From: Porphyridium purpureum
Taxonomy: Eukaryota
Assembly (NCBI GenBank): GCA_008690995.1
Contig: VRMN01000028.1
Coordinates: 1 to 59,159, forward strand
Direction: 5' to 3'
Length of the DNA stretch: 59,159 bases
The translations under genes were made by a program, and so were the position numbers. The notes under the pieces were generated by a model, which searched no databases, was not told the DNA's origin, and worked only from the letters and a program-made list of their open reading frames with translations. Below are positions 23,101 to 31,911 of this stretch, one piece after another (position 1 is the stretch's first letter; each line of letters opens with the position of its first letter).

Positions 23101-23552
23101 GCAAAGTTAGCGGCTCCCGAGTACCCATCGCTCAGTTCAAACTTGACATTGGAGACTTCTCCGGCTGTTTCCAATACAGACCCATCCGCTAGGGTCACAT
23201 GATCTCTCTTCCACGACGCCTTCTGCTTCAGGCCGTCGGATTTCTGCACAAAGTCCACGCTCATGAAGTTGTCCGTCGCGCCACTGTCAATCAAAAACGT
23301 GGCCTCTCCGTCGGACTTGTGCACTTTTCCTCGAACTCGAAGAAGCATGGCAGCTCCCATCCCTCCAAGTTCCTTGATCACGGGCTGATTTGCGCTCGAG
23401 TTTCGCCCACAAGGTGTCGGACAGCCAGACCTTGGCTTACCAAGGCCACCACAGCGGTCTTCATTACCGCCCCTAGAAGTTTCGTAACGTGTGCGAGCCT
23501 CCTTTCCCTCTGACTGTCCGAGGAACCTCTCTACTCGAGCTCCTCGTTTTTT
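20154..23552 (-). CDS. Gypsy Pol (protease, RT, RNase H, integrase), probably entered by -1 frameshift from gag
   Basis: LIDSGA, YLDDIL, YTDRS..VADALSR, HDIPTAGH..CHAC, SMDFV, SDRD, GQTER; the frame stays open upstream to the AAAAAAC site. Confidence 0.93.
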   Translation of the reverse strand, partial: KKRGARVERFLGQSEGKEARTRYETSRGGNEDRCGGLGKPRSGCPTPCGRNSSANQPVIKELGGMGAAMLLRVRGKVHKSDGEATFLIDSGATDNFMSVDFVQKSDGLKQKASWKRDHVTLADGSVLETAGEVSNVKFELSDGYSGAANFAICRIAGQDAILGMEWLKRENPVIDWQSGMLAYGKKRAWSMTQMLVPRKELRRLLKSQEVEECYLGVLKGREEPCSVKRKGDDSVRKMLKDFENLFEEPRGLPESRTVEHVIRLKDEKPVRVGRVYRLSPAELKVLRETLDDLLDKGFVQPSQSPFGAPVLFVKKKDGSMRMCVDYRALNDATVKDRYPLPNMDELLDRLGAAHCFSKLDLASRYHQLRVRREDVPKTAFQTRYGQFEFRVMPFGLCNAPATFQRAMNELFADLLDKTVIVYLDDILVFTKDRQSHGEVLKEVLSRLQKAGYRLKHKKCSFFVSEVEYLGNIVGNGCVNMDPRKVEALKDWPVPKTVTELRSFLGVTNWFRRFVKGYSTVVAPLTSLLQNAKSKKQLIELGDEGKSAFKKIVSMLTEAPVLALPDPEKPFEVYTDRSEVAVGGWLAQEGRPVAFTSRKLLDRETRYSSYEGELMAVIHCLREFRPYLYGAKFVLHTDHEALKHLMTQKELSGRQARWLDFLAEFDITIDYVKGKSNVVADALSRKPELHALEYQVRCDEFGTGFQAFVGSYSSDPDFNTLMGDLPTHQGFRTEAGLLYLRNRVCVPRKFRERVMQLHHDIPTAGHRGADTTYASLITRFYWPKMKRDVSRFVKTCHACQVTKSENRSFGKLKPLSIPEGPWVDISMDFVTELPRSEGSCDAIMTVVDRYSKMALFIPTRKDLTAKRCADLFVKHVVSRFGYPKSIVSDRDPLFTSTFWQQLSKRVGMKLAMSTANHPQTDGQTERVNRVIREMLKLMATNSGWVRDLPLYEFAYNSAPSSATGFAPFKVVYGRDPWFPPSEGWTPARDGQTKDMAEHWFRLCKVHEEVRDNLIEAQGRMQKFFDRSKDAREFQVGDQVLVTAPQLRPNKSDLAAPKFLGPVPVIEKVSSHAYRVILPEGVACHDVFPIQHLKPYYGREDYMAGENDEEVPDGLPASDSKPDLLKIIEESDSE

Positions 23553-24337
23553 GACTCCAGCGAGTCTCCCTCCAGCTGCTGGATAGTCTTACTTGCCTCG
23601 GGACACGTCCTGGCGATGTGCCCCGGCTTTCCACAATTCCAGCATTTGAGCTCGCTTCGAACACGCCTCTGACCCTGCACATGTCCCAGCTCCATCGGGA
23701 CGGGTCCTTCCTGCGCTGCACGACCGAAAAATGGCGTCCTCACACTTGAATCACGCACGCCGCGGGTCGCATGAATGGCGTCGTCCACGACCACCGCCAC
23801 CTGCGCAGCCTCCGCGAACGTACTCACTCCTCGCTTGTACACTTCCAAGCGGACCTCGGGCTTCAGACCCCTCACGAAGCGGTCCATCATTTCTGCGTCC
23901 GACAAGTCCGGAATCACAAGTGCCGCGTCCTGAAAAGCCGCCACATACGCATGGGCCGGGCCTTTCTGCGAAAGACGCGTCAACTTGTCCCTTGCACGCC
24001 TGATCGAATCCTGCGGCGTGAACCGAGCACTCACGAGGGCAGCAAAATCATTCCACGTCGTGGGGATCTCCTGCGGGTAGCGCTCGCAGTTCAGAACCCA
24101 CCAATGAAGCGCCTCTCCCTCGAAATAGTCAGAAGTCAAGTCCACAGCACGCCTCTCCGCAAGCAGACGTTTCTCCAAATCGTCCGGGTGGATGCTCTCC
24201 AACAGCCGGCCCAAGATCTTCTTTCTCGCCTGGAACAACCACGTCTTCACAACCAGAAGGTCACGCTTCCCGTCGAAGCTCATCAGACGGGCCTCCTTCG
24301 GGCCACGTGGTCCCAGCGTCTCCGAATCAATCTCCAT
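23531..24337 (-). CDS. Gypsy Gag
   Basis: Retrotransposon capsid-like region (FVRGLKPEVR), PVPMELG, Zn knuckle CWNCGKPGHIARTC. Confidence 0.93.
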   Translation of the reverse strand: MEIDSETLGPRGPKEARLMSFDGKRDLLVVKTWLFQARKKILGRLLESIHPDDLEKRLLAERRAVDLTSDYFEGEALHWWVLNCERYPQEIPTTWNDFAALVSARFTPQDSIRRARDKLTRLSQKGPAHAYVAAFQDAALVIPDLSDAEMMDRFVRGLKPEVRLEVYKRGVSTFAEAAQVAVVVDDAIHATRGVRDSSVRTPFFGRAAQEGPVPMELGHVQGQRRVRSELKCWNCGKPGHIARTCPEASKTIQQLEGDSLESKNEELE

Positions 24338-24907
24338 GCTTTCTGAACTAAAGCACGCTCAACGATCACGACAACGACACAAACAGCAAGCCTCCGATGC
24401 TCACGTTCTCCAACAGCTGCGCGCAACACGAACGGGCTCGGTCGCCCTCAGGACCACAAATCGACACACGAAGCGGTCCTCTCACGCACACGCACGCACA
24501 GCAATCTTCTCACGCACACACAACAAAGCACACAGCAATCCTCCTCTGTTGCGCTGGATGGGGAGCGGCCCGGGCCTTTGCACTGGGGCGGGGATTATAG
24601 ATGCGATCTTGTATGGAGGTGTTCGGCGCCTACCTTCGCAAAGGTGGTCGTGCGACACTAGGATGAATCCTAGTGAAGGCTGACCGTTACGGCTCTTGCC
24701 TACTAATACGTGCTAAGGCAGAGAGCGAGTCCGCCGTCAAGGCCTAGGCCTATCGTACAGCCAAGACTGAGACCCGCTTCCGCCCGTCGCACCCTCCGGA
24801 TCGACTTACTCGAACCCCCTCACCCGCAGACTCTCCCACCCAGGCAACCCCAGAGAAACTCTAAGAGAACCTTAGAGCAACCCCAGGTAACCAGCGATGA
24901 TACCAAA

Positions 24908-25216
24908 TGTTACCAATGCTGTGCCTTTTACTCTGCTTCTTCTTCTTCTTACCTCTTCTTACCTCTTCTCTCTCCGAGCAAGACCTGACCGGCTAGTCCG
25001 GGCAGGCGCGTCGCCTTTTTATACCCTTACTTCCGCCAGGGACAGCAAGGCGCCAAGAGAAATGACAATGCAAACCATTGGCATTTCTGCGCGCGTCTAG
25101 AAGGTTCTGGAACCTCTAGAAGCTTCTCGAAACGGTTAAACGGTCTGCCGGTTTAACGGCTTACCGGTTTCGGATTAACCGAACCGTTCTAGGTGACTGG
25201 GGTCGAACGGATAACA
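24908..25216 (-). repeat. 5' LTR of gypsy
   Basis: Repeat of 19726..20034, adjacent to the PBS. Confidence 0.95.
25016..25132 (-). promoter_or_regulatory. Gypsy U3 promoter: TATA box (25016-25023) and two consensus heat-shock elements (25099-25132)
   Basis: TATAAAAA on the minus strand; aGAAggTTCtgGAAc and aGAAgcTTCtcGAAa; same motifs at 19834-19950. Confidence 0.7.
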
Positions 25217-25733
25217 CACCCGCTCTTTCCTTGCCTTTCCCTCCCGGTTGGACGATTCCCAGTGTTTCGCGGGACGTGCAATCGATTGGCGTGCTCAAAA
25301 CACACCCTTGTCTATCAAGATTCTTCACTTTTACACGAACTTCACTTTTTATGAGGGTGTTGCAAACATCTTGGCCAGGACTGTACTCACAAACCCTGAA
25401 CTAGAAGAAACAACAGAGTAAGAGAGGAAGAGCGGCGGGCCAAAAATCTCGTGCGGGCTAAAAGTCCCTCCTCCCTTGATAGGCAGCTTTGGCGCCTCTT
25501 TCCAAACCTGAGGGGTCGCCCTTTCGTGCCTCTCCACATTCCAAACCTGCGCGGGCTCAGATTGCGACCCTTCGCTTTCGACCAAAGAGATCGAAACCTG
25601 GTCATCGCTCGAAACGGGCGCTGCGCCCGGTGGCGATCCGTGAGCTGACGTGTGGATTCGTCACAGGGACCGGTAGTGCGCGGAGGCGACGGTGGTGAAG
25701 AATTTTTGTGTGGGGATTGGTTGGGTTGGCAGT

Positions 25734-27911
25734 ATGGCGGATATTCGTCTTCAGGCGGTGCACTCCGTGCCTGCCTCCGGGCCGCGGGGCGCTGGCGCTT
25801 CCGATGGTGGGGCGCTTGACATGGCAGACTTGCTGGCGGGGCTGGGTGACGAGAAGCAGCTGATGCGCGAGCGTGCGCTTCTGGCGCTTCGCAAGTGGTT
25901 GGGAAGCAGTGGCGCCAACGAGGATCTTGGGACGGTTGTGGATGCGTTGCTTGGCGCGCTGGAGAAAGAGGCCGGGGCGGGGCATGCGGAGGAACAGATG
26001 TGGCAGCTACGATGCGGCCTACTTTTGGCGCTTCGCGACGTCGTGCTGTATTTGGAAACCCATCGTGTGGATCCTGCGAACGGAAAGGACGTGAGTGCGG
26101 TCTTAAAGCCGCAGGACGAGGAGAGGATGGTCCAGCAGGCCATGATCGGGGTGGGCCGCGCAGAGCTGCGAGAGAGGCAGGCCGGTGCCCAGCTGCTCGG
26201 CGCAATGGCCAAGCTTCGCGGTGCGATTGTTTGGCGACAGACGGGTGACGCTCTGCTAGGGAGCGTCGAGGCGTCGTTTGAGCTGGACGAGAAGCAGCGC
26301 TCGCAGGAGAGTGCCGAGCTAGTGAAGCGTACCGCAAACGACTCAGCTCTGCAAAAGTCCGGCACGCAGCTGCTGCATGACACGGAAGGCTGGCGGAATC
26401 TTGAGACAAGCCTCAGCGCGGTGCGCTGCATTTTCGAGGCGTGCGGTGCGCAGATCTTTATGATGGCTAGTTCCGAGTCGCCGGCTTCGGGCGACAATGT
26501 TCACGCGCGGCTTCTCCCACTTGTGCTGCGCGCGCGCGAACACACCAACCGATTTGTGCGTGAGACGGCGCTGTTTGTGCTGACGGCGCTGGTGGTGGGT
26601 GCGTCTGAATGCGATCAGGCGAAGAAGGATGCACAAGACACGTCCCTACTGGCCCTCGCCGAGCGTGTGGCCGAGTCCATTGCGCGCGGGCTCGATGACA
26701 ACTGGAGCCAGGTGCGCTTTGCAGGTTGCGTGTGTGCGCGCGAGTTCATGTCGCGACTGGATCCTTCGCACCGCGAGGCATTCTACCCGCTTCTGCTGGC
26801 GCGCATGTGCTTGAACCGCCATTACGTGGCGGAGGGCGTGCGGTTGTACTCGCAAACGAGTTGGAAGCTTGTGATGGGTTCGCAGGGACGTCAAACGCTC
26901 ACAGAATACATTGCGAATGTCGTGGCATATTATACGACGCAGTGTGATGCAGACAACCACGCGGTGCGCGAGGCAGCTTGTCAGGCCTTTTCTGAGCTCG
27001 CCACGAAGCTTCCGGACGAGGCGGCCGTTATTCCGTTCATCCCAAGCATGCTTGGCGCACTTGTCAACTGCTTCAAGGATGAGAGCTGGCCAGTGCGCGA
27101 CTGTGCGTGCACGGCGAGCGCGCAAATTGTGTCACGCTTTGGCGCTTTGTCTGAAAATGGCGGCGCTGAGGCGTGCGCATCGTTCTTACCAGAGCTGCAC
27201 AGCCTTTGGGTGGCGCATCTAGCCGACAACATTCCGACTGTTCGTGCCAACTCGGCACGCGCGCTCGCGGAGCTTGCCGCAGTATTTGATGGGGATCATG
27301 CGCTTTGTGGGGCGAAGCGCGCTGTTGCAGAATGCCGTGCGCTGCTGCCGCGCGTACATGAGCAGCCGCGCGACTCGAAGAGATACGCTGCCGCACAGGA
27401 CACACAGTTTGGCGCTTCGCACAAGCTGGCGCGCGATAATGACCCCCAGTTGCACGAGAACCAAACCATGTATTCGTGTTGTTCGCCAGCACCAAAGCTA
27501 AAGCGCGGTGGCGGGTGCATGGACCACGGTTTTGCGCGCCACAAGCAGCCATGGGAGGAAACCGACGGAGCTCTGCGCCTGTTTGGCGCACTCCACCGCG
27601 TACAAAATAAGAACATCCACCCATGCGCCGAGCTGCTCGGCGACTTTGTGCAGCTCGCAGCTCAGATGAACACTGAATTTGCGCACGCGCCGTACCTGAT
27701 CGAAGCCTTATGGCTCTCGCTGATCGAAGCGCTGCCAGCCATCTCGAAGGAGCAGCTCGAGCCTTTCGTTGCGGCACTGCTGCCGCCGCTGCACGCGGCG
27801 GAAAAGTGTAATCATCCGTTGGCTGAGAACGCGGCGCGCAGCGCGGGCACGAAACTTCGTTCCAAACTTGGCTTCACGACGTGGAAGCAGGCAAGCGAAG
27901 CCGAACACTAG
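25734..27911 (+). CDS. Host HEAT/ARM-repeat protein of unknown function, intronless
   Basis: Long open frame with repeated HEAT signatures: GLDDNWSQVR, CDADNHAVREAAC, CFKDESWPVRD, HLADNIPTVR. Confidence 0.85.
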   Translation: MADIRLQAVHSVPASGPRGAGASDGGALDMADLLAGLGDEKQLMRERALLALRKWLGSSGANEDLGTVVDALLGALEKEAGAGHAEEQMWQLRCGLLLALRDVVLYLETHRVDPANGKDVSAVLKPQDEERMVQQAMIGVGRAELRERQAGAQLLGAMAKLRGAIVWRQTGDALLGSVEASFELDEKQRSQESAELVKRTANDSALQKSGTQLLHDTEGWRNLETSLSAVRCIFEACGAQIFMMASSESPASGDNVHARLLPLVLRAREHTNRFVRETALFVLTALVVGASECDQAKKDAQDTSLLALAERVAESIARGLDDNWSQVRFAGCVCAREFMSRLDPSHREAFYPLLLARMCLNRHYVAEGVRLYSQTSWKLVMGSQGRQTLTEYIANVVAYYTTQCDADNHAVREAACQAFSELATKLPDEAAVIPFIPSMLGALVNCFKDESWPVRDCACTASAQIVSRFGALSENGGAEACASFLPELHSLWVAHLADNIPTVRANSARALAELAAVFDGDHALCGAKRAVAECRALLPRVHEQPRDSKRYAAAQDTQFGASHKLARDNDPQLHENQTMYSCCSPAPKLKRGGGCMDHGFARHKQPWEETDGALRLFGALHRVQNKNIHPCAELLGDFVQLAAQMNTEFAHAPYLIEALWLSLIEALPAISKEQLEPFVAALLPPLHAAEKCNHPLAENAARSAGTKLRSKLGFTTWKQASEAEH

Positions 27912-28266
27912 ACCTAAATACTGTGGAAAATCCAACAGGCCCGGACCCACAGGTACAACTGCTCCACTATAAGCAAACGCCACTGTTCCGAGAGGCCTTC
28001 TTTATGATACCAAGTATTTCGATGCTAAATGCTGAAGCCTCTATGTCAAAACTTTGGAGTTTCTCCTACAAAACTGTACTTCCACTGTGCAAGGTTAAAT
28101 ATTTCATGCAGGTAGCTGCCTCTTGCAGCTGTCGCAGACGGCGTCGTGGGGCGTACAGCACAGCCTCACCTCGTGCGTAAATAGCGCGCCCCACTTTCGA
28201 GGTGCGCCGTGCGGTGCGAAGGTTAGAAGTAGACATTAGCGTGGAGAATAGACAATACTAAAAGTT

Positions 28267-29435
28267 TGTTGTGCTAAAAAGTGCCAAGGGGCGGAGAAGC
28301 TACCTCCTGCGAAGCCGACCGCGCGTACGCTGTGGGAATCCCATTGGCGGCCGCGTAGCAGCCTTCTCCGCGCTGTGTAGGTCTCTCCGGGGTTGCTCAC
28401 ACCCCGTGAAACCAGTTAGAAAAAGCGACACTCGAACTCTAAAGACAGGCCAATCCTGCTCCGCGCTGCTGCACCAGCCCTTTATATAGAGCAGCCGCGA
28501 GGGCTGGGACCATCGCACCCTCCGCGCGAACGTCCGGCCGGGTCGCTCTCGCCCCGGATACCGGTCGTGTCGACCACTAGCTGATCAGCAGGTCGTACGC
28601 TCGCTCGCGCCCCCTCAATTGAGCATCCTCGGGCGAGTTCGCTTTTTCAACACGCCCCCTCAAACTAGCGTCGGTTAAATGTCTGCGAAATGAATCCGCG
28701 CTTAGATGTTTCGTCAGCATGTCAGCCATATTGTCTTTCGTGCCCACCTTGTCCAGCTCCGTATCTCCGCGACAATAAAGATTGTGTAGCATACTCACAC
28801 TGATCCCATGATACTTCAAGGAGGCACGCAGACGTGCGGAACAACCTTTTCGGATGGTCGAGATGACGGCCGCGTTGTCCGTGAGGGTCTTCCCACAGAC
28901 GCTCTTCCCCAGGGAGCTTTCCATTAATTCGAGGGAAGGCACCATGGAATGATTAGTCGCTTCGTTCAGCACAATAATCTCGGCTTCCGTCGTACTGTCC
29001 GCTGTCGTCCGTTGCAACTAACTTCTCCAACCTAGTATGCCCACACGCCTTTGCCCCTGAACTGAGTCTTGAACCTCATAAAACGTTACCCATCCACTCG
29101 TGGACTTCCTCGTTGTGGCGCACCCCCCGCGATCTGCATCTAGTAACATGACCACGCATGCCCTGCTTGATTCTTCTGCATTGTGTGTGACGGACGTAAT
29201 TTGAGACTGTGTCTGCGTTGGACAACAACGTCGCCGATGGCGGATGCGTGCACGATCAGTCTGTTCGCCATGCGGATGGATTCCTTTCATAGGCGCGGAT
29301 CCATGAGGGCTTCGAAGTTGTTGGTCATGTGGCTGGATGCCCCTGAGTCCAAAACCCAGCCGTCGTTCCGGTCTGCGCGCACGACGTCGGCCCAAGTCCG
29401 CCCTTCAGTCCGTGTGTTAAAATATGAGGAAGGTA
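28267..29435 (-). mobile_element. Internally deleted Ty1/copia remnant: protease joined to RNase H, with a probable 3' LTR at 28267..28652
   Basis: WVLDSGASSHM lies within ~200 bp of DAD..RKSTSG, STTEAE, NMADMLTK; purine tract GAGGGGGCG then TGTTG...CAACA; TATA-like site near 28485; in-frame stops. Confidence 0.75.
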
Positions 29436-29693
29436 CAGTCCTGGCCAAGATGTTTGCAACACCCTCATAAAAAGTGAAATTCGTGTAAAAGTGAAGAATC
29501 TTGATAGGCAAGGGCATGTTTTGAGCACGCCACTCGATCGCGCGTCCCAAGAAACACTGGGGCGCGTCCAACCGGGAGGGAAAGGCAAGGAAAGAGCGGG
29601 TGGGCAATGGAGACAGCAAAAAGGGGGTATTGGCGAGCGGCGCAGGTTTTGGAATGTGAGAAAGAAAACACGAAGATCAAGAAGGATGAGACT

Positions 29694-30761
29694 TTAGTAC
29701 TTGGTGTGGTGGCCGCGCGCGTCCAGTACAGCTTGAAGACGGCGAGGCATGGACTCTAAAAGTGGAACTACGTACTTTTGGGCCTCGGTCGCCCACGCCG
29801 CAAGGACGGCAGCCTTAAGTTCTGCGACGCGTGCGAACTGGCGGCCTTTTTGGTAAACCACGCGCGGCAAGACGCCCCAAATGTTTTCAATTGGGTTAAG
29901 GTCCAGAGACCTTGCAGGCCACGGCAGCACAGTGACGCCGAGTGCGTCGAGCCACGCCTTGGTCGAGTTGGCCGTATGTGCCGGGGCATTGTCTTGCTGG
30001 AAAGTGAAATTGAAGTCATACATTTCCAGGCCGAACGGAAGCAAGGCTTCCAGCAAGACTTGTTGATACTTCACGGCATTCAAGCCACCCTCGACGAAGA
30101 CGGCCATTGTTAGGCCGCGCAGGGACATACCGGCCCACATGTGAACCTTGCCACCTCCAGATTGCTGGCGCCTGGCGTACGAACTTGACTTGGCGCGACA
30201 GTCGACCCATCGCTGTGAGGAGCCGAACGGGCCATCGCAGCTCCAAATCTTCTCGTCTGAAAAGATCACTTGATGCCAGAAAGCCATTGGTTTCGCAATG
30301 AATGCGGTGGCAAACGCCAATCGCTTGCTGGTGTTGTCAGACGACAGCGAAGGTTTCCGCGAGACTCGCTTGTAGCGAAGAAAGCCTGCTGCTTGAAGCG
30401 TCCGACGCACTGTCCTGGCCGAGCACTGCAAGTGCAGCTCGTGAACCACCTGTCCGGACGTCAGTGCATCAACAGATACGGCGCGAATGGTGCGGCGTTC
30501 CGATTTGCGACTCAAAAGCCGTTTCGGACCTGGCTTCTTGCGGACGATCCGGTGCCCCGTTGGCACAAGAAAATGACTGACAGTTGCATAGGATGGCCGC
30601 GAGCGATCTGGGCGCGTCATGAAGCCTTCGCAATTGCTCGTGCCGACAGCTCCTGGCCCGCAAGGGCGTCGATCTGCCCTTTTTCGTGTTCCGACAGTCA
30701 CGGCGCCATCGTTCGGCCGTTGCGCGCTCAATTTCGATCTGGAGACTCTCCACTTGCGCAC
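29694..30761 (-). CDS. Tc1-like DD34E transposase, copy B
   Basis: Near-identical protein to 18562..19629. Confidence 0.9.
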   Translation of the reverse strand: MRKWRVSRSKLSAQRPNDGAVTVGTRKRADRRPCGPGAVGTSNCEGFMTRPDRSRPSYATVSHFLVPTGHRIVRKKPGPKRLLSRKSERRTIRAVSVDALTSGQVVHELHLQCSARTVRRTLQAAGFLRYKRVSRKPSLSSDNTSKRLAFATAFIAKPMAFWHQVIFSDEKIWSCDGPFGSSQRWVDCRAKSSSYARRQQSGGGKVHMWAGMSLRGLTMAVFVEGGLNAVKYQQVLLEALLPFGLEMYDFNFTFQQDNAPAHTANSTKAWLDALGVTVLPWPARSLDLNPIENIWGVLPRVVYQKGRQFARVAELKAAVLAAWATEAQKYVVPLLESMPRRLQAVLDARGHHTKY

Positions 30762-30988
30762 GACGAGATGGATCAGCGAGCGAAGATCCTTTGAGCACCT
30801 TCTGATGGTCTGGGGAAAACAAAAACGCGCGCGCCGCGCCTTGGTTCATCGTCATGCTCGATGTGAACAATGTTAAAAAAGAGTTAAAAATAAGCTTTCT
30901 ATTAAAATGGGCTATTTTACTATAAGATCCATTTTTTGGACCAAAATGCAGGTATAAACAGTTAATTTCTGTCTCCGCAAACGGTTTA

Positions 30989-31184
30989 TGTCGCTACCGA
31001 GGTATGTGGGTACAGTTGCCTGCGATATAAGATAGCGGCCGGTCTGGCAAACCTGTGGCGACAGTGGTGGAGAGAGAGAGAGTGGACAGAGAGTAGTAAA
31101 GAGGACTTATAGTTCCCGGCCCATGGTAGCGGGTGAGAGCCCCCCAAAGCTGACTACTCGTCCACACGGAAGATAGCAACAGCA
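30989..31184 (+). repeat. 5' LTR of copia 2
   Basis: Repeat of 48916..49111. Confidence 0.93.
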
Positions 31185-31297
31185 TTGAATTCAATCCGTT
31201 GCGTGGATTGTCTTCGGGGAGAAGGAAGGAATATTCCTATCACAATGAGAAAACAAAGAGAACTTTCGCCCTCTGGGCAGGCCTGTGTAGGCACAGG

Positions 31298-31593
31298 ATG
31301 TCTCAGTTAAGCGGATCGGCTCTATCCACCCGCGTGCTAGAGGCACGCGAGTTGACGGAAGAGTACAAAGCACAAATGGCAGACAAGGACACGGCGGAGA
31401 TCTTGGAGTCCCTTCAGGTTATGTTCACCGGCGAGATCATCAAGAATCTGGGGCCTGTCGGCCAGTTCTCATTCTACAGGTGGCTTGTAGACAAAGGAGT
31501 CACGATTCCTGAGAAAGACCATGGTGGGAACATAATCCCTGTTCTTTTCCGCCTTTTACCATTGTTGTCAGTCAGCCAGCGGGATCCGGGATC
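31298..31593 (+). pseudogene. First part of copia 2 gag
   Basis: ATG at 31298; rejoins 44449 in frame (DPGS-TSNV) when the insertion and one TSD are removed. Confidence 0.8.
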
Positions 31594-31644
31594 CAGTCCG
31601 TGTGTTGAATATTTGCCCGTACTTTGAGAACCGAATACACCCAG

Positions 31645-31762
31645 GAAAAACTGACCGAAAAACTGACCGAAAAACTGAAATAAAGTGTAAGCAGGCCAAG
31701 ATCAGCTTTTCGGTCAGTTTTTCGGTCAGTTTTTCGGCCAGTTTTTCGGTCAGTTTTTCGGT
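31645..31762. repeat. Left subterminal 12-bp repeat array in both orientations (AAAAACTGACCG / CGGTCAGTTTTT)
   Basis: About 3 forward then 4 reverse units forming an inverted repeat. Confidence 0.9.
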
Positions 31763-31911
31763 TACGCCCATTACATTTAAGCATTACCCATTTATAAATT
31801 ACTTTCTTAGACATTACCAGATTTTAGAAATTACGTTTCGCGACATTACCAGACTTTGAAACCGGAATCTTTATCGGTTCACTTTTATTTCAAATTTGAG
31901 TCCTTACTTTT

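Larger units (their letters stand above)
19726..25216 (-). mobile_element. Ty3/gypsy LTR retrotransposon, intact, 5491 bp
   Basis: 309-bp LTRs with no difference seen; TSD CACCC (19721-19725, 25217-25221); PBS TGGTATCA next to the 5' LTR; polypurine tract next to 20034; order PR-RT-RH-INT. Confidence 0.97.
18343..25383 (+). mobile_element. Tc1-family DNA transposon copy A (1545 bp without the nested gypsy)
   Basis: 28-bp TIR cagtcctggccaagatgtttgcaacacc at both ends; TA at 18341-18342 and 25384-25385. Confidence 0.95.

Noticed and set aside
31594..31602. Shared CAGTCC start of the Plavaka-like and Tc1 TIRs as evidence of cross-mobilisation
   Set aside because: Only 6 bp, with different TSDs (TC vs TA) and unrelated transposases
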